From NCBI GenBank assembly GCA_964572155.1, contig CAZNDZ010000003.1, positions 202,224-266,223 of the forward strand: 64,000 nt of DNA. The letters are read 5' to 3'. Source of the stretch: an uncultured Planctomycetales bacterium. GTDB taxonomy: Bacteria; Omnitrophota; Gorgyraeia; Zapsychrales; Fredricksoniimonadaceae. The notes beneath the pieces are model-generated. The model worked only from the letters and a program-made list of their open reading frames with translations, was not told where the DNA came from and did not search any database. Position 1 is the stretch's first letter; each line of letters begins with the position of its first letter. Shown here piece after piece: positions 60,828 to 64,000 of the stretch. The position numbers and the translations under genes are program-made.

Positions 60828-62433
60828 ATGCCTTTATCCCTTCTTGTTGGAATTCTAGTCGCAAGACATGATCTTCTACCTGACCTTTTAAATCAATCAA
60901 ATGATACAAACGTTCTTCACTCAACGTCACAACACCATCTGCCACATCTTGACCAGCATTAGTGCTATCAACGGCCTTATCGTCTAAGAAAACTTTTATT
61001 TGATCACCTTTTTGTTTGGGACTAATCACTAAGAACACTTTAGCCGCTTTGAAATATATTTCTAACCCAGCATTCTTTTGTGCTGTGACAGATTCTTCAC
61101 CCGTCTCCCAAACTCCGTCATAAGCAACAAGCCCATTGGCACGCTTGCTGCCTAAATATGTTTCTGGGGTGCGCTCATACTTAGGCGTTGCATCCGTGTT
61201 TGTGCCAGTATCCGCGGTAAGCACCTGACCCTCTTCTTTTAATAAGGCGCGGATAGCTTCTTCCATTTCATCATATTGCCCTTCGCCAAAATGTGTACGA
61301 CGAATTGTGCCATTGGCATCGATCAAATACTTTGCCGGCCAATAACGATTCTGAAAAGCCTTCCATGTGCCATAATCATTATCCAAAGCAACAGGGTACT
61401 TGATGTTAAATTGCCTCAAGGCTTGCCTTACATTATTCACATCTTTTTCAAAAGCAAACTCCGGTGTATGCACACCAACGATGACAAAATTATTATTTTT
61501 ATACTTCTCATACCACCCTGTCACATGCGGCAATGTCCTGACACAATTGATACAACTATATGTCCAAAAATCAATGAGCACCACTTTACCACGCAATCCT
61601 TGCACGGTTAAAGGATCGCTATTTAACCATTGAACAATGCCCGCAAACTCTGGAGCGACGGCTTGTTTTTTGTACTGTTTTCCGCGCAACTCATCTAACT
61701 GTTCCGTCACCACGTCGTTATGCTCGAATTTATTTAAAAACTGACCATAGGAAGGAAACGCCTCAAGGATTTTTATTTGAATGACCTTATCATAATTCGT
61801 ATAAATCAATACGGCAGCAATGATCATGATGCCACCAAATACTTGTTGAATGATGCCGGTATATTTGGTGAACTGGCGAACGCGTCCAAATAACTTTGAT
61901 CCTGCCAAGGACAAGATAAATAATGGAATCCCCAAACCAAACACATACGCCAAAGTGACTAAAACAACGCGCGTGTCTACAGCTTGGGTCGCCGCCAACG
62001 TCGCGATCGTCGCTAAGATTGGCCCCGCACACGGTGCCCATACTAAGCCAATAGAAAATCCCGTTGTATACCCCGCCCCAAAGCCAGAACCTTTTTTCTG
62101 TAACTTATTCTGGAATGGGCTTAGAATACGATTTATAAAGTTCTCAAAAGCTGTACCAAGAGCCGGGATGATCATGGCAACACCTAAAAGCCCGATGACA
62201 ATCACCGCAATCAAGCGAAACACATTGGCATCAAAATGAAAGATTTTCTCAAGGTAAGAAATCGACAGCGTAAAGATGGTGAAGCTCGTCATAACCCCAA
62301 GGGTGATGCCAAGCGGTCGTCGACGACCTTGTCCTGCTGACGCTGATAAAACAATCGGCAACAACGGCCATATGCATGGGGCTAAAATTGTGATAAAACC
62401 TGCTAAAAACGAAAATAAAAGTAGGATTGTCAT
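60808..62433 (-). CDS. CcdA/DsbD-type membrane electron-transfer domain fused to a periplasmic thioredoxin-like domain and a C-terminal domain of unknown function
   Basis: TM Cys pair (…APCIWP… / …WAPCAGPIL), then a Trx-fold motif WTYSCINC; 541 aa; operonic with msrB. Confidence 0.75.
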   Translation of the reverse strand: MTILLLFSFLAGFITILAPCIWPLLPIVLSASAGQGRRRPLGITLGVMTSFTIFTLSISYLEKIFHFDANVFRLIAVIVIGLLGVAMIIPALGTAFENFINRILSPFQNKLQKKGSGFGAGYTTGFSIGLVWAPCAGPILATIATLAATQAVDTRVVLVTLAYVFGLGIPLFILSLAGSKLFGRVRQFTKYTGIIQQVFGGIMIIAAVLIYTNYDKVIQIKILEAFPSYGQFLNKFEHNDVVTEQLDELRGKQYKKQAVAPEFAGIVQWLNSDPLTVQGLRGKVVLIDFWTYSCINCVRTLPHVTGWYEKYKNNNFVIVGVHTPEFAFEKDVNNVRQALRQFNIKYPVALDNDYGTWKAFQNRYWPAKYLIDANGTIRRTHFGEGQYDEMEEAIRALLKEEGQVLTADTGTNTDATPKYERTPETYLGSKRANGLVAYDGVWETGEESVTAQKNAGLEIYFKAAKVFLVISPKQKGDQIKVFLDDKAVDSTNAGQDVADGVVTLSEERLYHLIDLKGQVEDHVLRLEFQQEGIKAYAFTFG

Positions 62434-62460
62434 TGGCAGATAGTATACTGCATTTTAAAT

Positions 62461-63375
62461 ATGAGCGTTATTCTTTCTATTGAACAATTAAATAAAATTT
62501 ATGCCAGCGGTTTTGTGGCGCTTAAAGATATTCACCTTAATATCAACAAAGGCGAAATTTTTGCGCTCCTGGGACCCAATGGGGCAGGCAAAACGACGCT
62601 CATCAATACCATCTGTGGCATCGTTAAACCAACCAGCGGTAAGATAACAGTGAATGGCTTTGATAATATTGTCGATTTTCGTGCCACGCGTTCTTTAATT
62701 GGTCTCGTTCCCCAAGAATTAGCGACGGATGCTTTTGAAACCGTGTGGCATACGGTGAATTTTAGCCGTGGACTCTTTGGGAAACCTGCCAATCATGCCT
62801 TTGTTGAAGAAATTTTGAAAACATTGTCATTGTGGGATAAAAAAGATAGCAAGATCATGACATTATCTGGTGGGATGAAACGCCGCGTCATGATTGCCAA
62901 AGCCTTATCGCATGAACCTCAAATCCTTTTCTTAGACGAACCCACCGCAGGTGTTGATGTGAGTTTGCGTAAAGACATGTGGGAACAAGTGCGCAAATTG
63001 CAAAAGATGGGCGTGACAATCATTCTAACCACCCACTACCTCGAAGAAGCCGAAGAAATGGCTGATCGCATTGGAGTTATTAACAAAGGTGAAATCATCA
63101 TCACCGATAACAAAATAGATCTGATGAAAAAATTAGGACAAAAGACATTGGTGCTTGATTTAGAAAAGCCGCTGACCGCTATTCCATCGTCGCTATCTGC
63201 ATGGCAATTACAGCTTCAAGGAGCACATTTGATTTATCATTACACAACCGATCAAGATAGCCGTGTTGCGGCCCTCTTATCAGATATTGCATCAGCTGGT
63301 ATTACCTATAAAGACATTCATACAAAACAAAGTTCACTAGAAGAAATTTTTATTGAATTGGTCAAGACATCATGA
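62461..63375 (+). CDS. ABC transporter ATP-binding protein (ABC-2/DrrA-like exporter ATPase)
   Basis: GPNGAGKTT Walker A and LSGGMKRRV signature motifs; 304 aa. Confidence 0.85.
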   Translation: MSVILSIEQLNKIYASGFVALKDIHLNINKGEIFALLGPNGAGKTTLINTICGIVKPTSGKITVNGFDNIVDFRATRSLIGLVPQELATDAFETVWHTVNFSRGLFGKPANHAFVEEILKTLSLWDKKDSKIMTLSGGMKRRVMIAKALSHEPQILFLDEPTAGVDVSLRKDMWEQVRKLQKMGVTIILTTHYLEEAEEMADRIGVINKGEIIITDNKIDLMKKLGQKTLVLDLEKPLTAIPSSLSAWQLQLQGAHLIYHYTTDQDSRVAALLSDIASAGITYKDIHTKQSSLEEIFIELVKTS

Positions 63376-64000
63376 ACACCCATGCTATAGCTGCCATCTA
63401 CTATTTCGAAATGTCCCGCTGGTTTCGCACCATCGGACAAAGCATTGCCGCGCCTGTTATCTCGACCAGCCTCTACTTTATTGTCTTTGGTTCCGCCATC
63501 GGCTCACACATCGGCGCCATCGACGGCATTTCCTATGGCTCATTCATCGTCCCCGGCTTAATCATGTTAGCGGTTGTGACCGAAAGCATCTCAAATGCCT
63601 CATTTGGCTTTTACTTCCCCCGTTTTACTGGCACCATATATGAAATATTATCTGCCCCCATTGATTATATTGAAATATTGATGGGTTACGTCGGGGCTGC
63701 TGCCTCAAAATCTATTTTACTTGGACTTTTAATCTTAGCCACGGCGGGATTATTTGTGCCACTGGAAATCAAACATCCTTTCCTCATGTTTTTCTTTTTA
63801 GTCCTTACATCCGTAACCTTTAGCCTCTTTGGATTTATCATCGGCATCTGGGCAGATGGATTTGAGAAATTACAAATCATCCCAACGCTCATCATGACAC
63901 CGCTCACCTTTCTCGGTGGCAGTTTCTATTCCATTAAAATGCTGCCAGCCTTCTGGCAAAAAGTTTCCATGCTAAACCCAATTGTCTATTTGATTAGTGG
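63372..64000 (+). CDS. ABC-2 family transporter permease, 5' part only (extends past the window end)
   Basis: ATGA overlap with the ATPase gene; multiple TM helices of ABC-2 type. Confidence 0.75.
   Translation, partial: MNTHAIAAIYYFEMSRWFRTIGQSIAAPVISTSLYFIVFGSAIGSHIGAIDGISYGSFIVPGLIMLAVVTESISNASFGFYFPRFTGTIYEILSAPIDYIEILMGYVGAAASKSILLGLLILATAGLFVPLEIKHPFLMFFFLVLTSVTFSLFGFIIGIWADGFEKLQIIPTLIMTPLTFLGGSFYSIKMLPAFWQKVSMLNPIVYLIS

Noticed and set aside
1-64000. CRISPR arrays, tRNA/rRNA genes, prophage or defence-island hallmarks
   Set aside because: There are no short direct-repeat/spacer arrays. No intergenic region is longer than ~170 nt and none has a cloverleaf-like sequence. No Cas, restriction-modification, integrase or phage structural homologues were recognised.

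Overview
The window is 64 kb of a fairly low-GC (roughly 40-45% by eye) diderm bacterium; lptD and lpxD are present. Gene density is high and nearly everything is on the minus strand. I saw no CRISPR array, tRNA, rRNA or IS/transposase signal.

Reading the minus strand from high to low coordinate, the content is:
- an ABC-2 exporter pair (62461..64000, + strand);
- a periplasmic methionine-sulfoxide repair module (CcdA-thioredoxin fusion plus MsrB);
- lpxD, infA, a pirin and an Old Yellow Enzyme reductase;
- an iron/zinc homeostasis block: cupredoxin plus FTR1 permease (with a C-terminal extension) plus a DsbD-like membrane protein plus a His-rich TPR protein, then zur-znuACB, a photolyase and sodC;
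- a Rho homologue that lacks the N-terminal RNA-binding domain;
- a ferritin/VIT1 fusion, an RlmI-like methyltransferase, NhaP2 and an ABC-F ATPase;
- cspA and an xylFGH-like sugar ABC transporter;
- a CIRCE-controlled hrcA-grpE-dnaK-dnaJ operon plus a zinc-ribbon protein;
- three tandem paralogous genes for large secreted proteins (950-1326 aa) of a family I do not recognise, with conserved N- and C-terminal modules flanking unrelated central regions;
- a DUF1015 protein and accD;
- an orphan MalK-type ATPase, two tandem diguanylate cyclases and a histidine-kinase-like sensor lacking the ATPase domain;
- a ROK kinase and lptD;
- a UDP-sugar cluster (ugd, a second nucleotide-sugar dehydrogenase, UDP-glucuronate decarboxylase).

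The paralogous triplet is the best candidate for an undescribed system.

Several ORF-track starts use TTG or GTG; I moved those to the first in-frame ATG where paralogy, a signal peptide or a Shine-Dalgarno match supported it.
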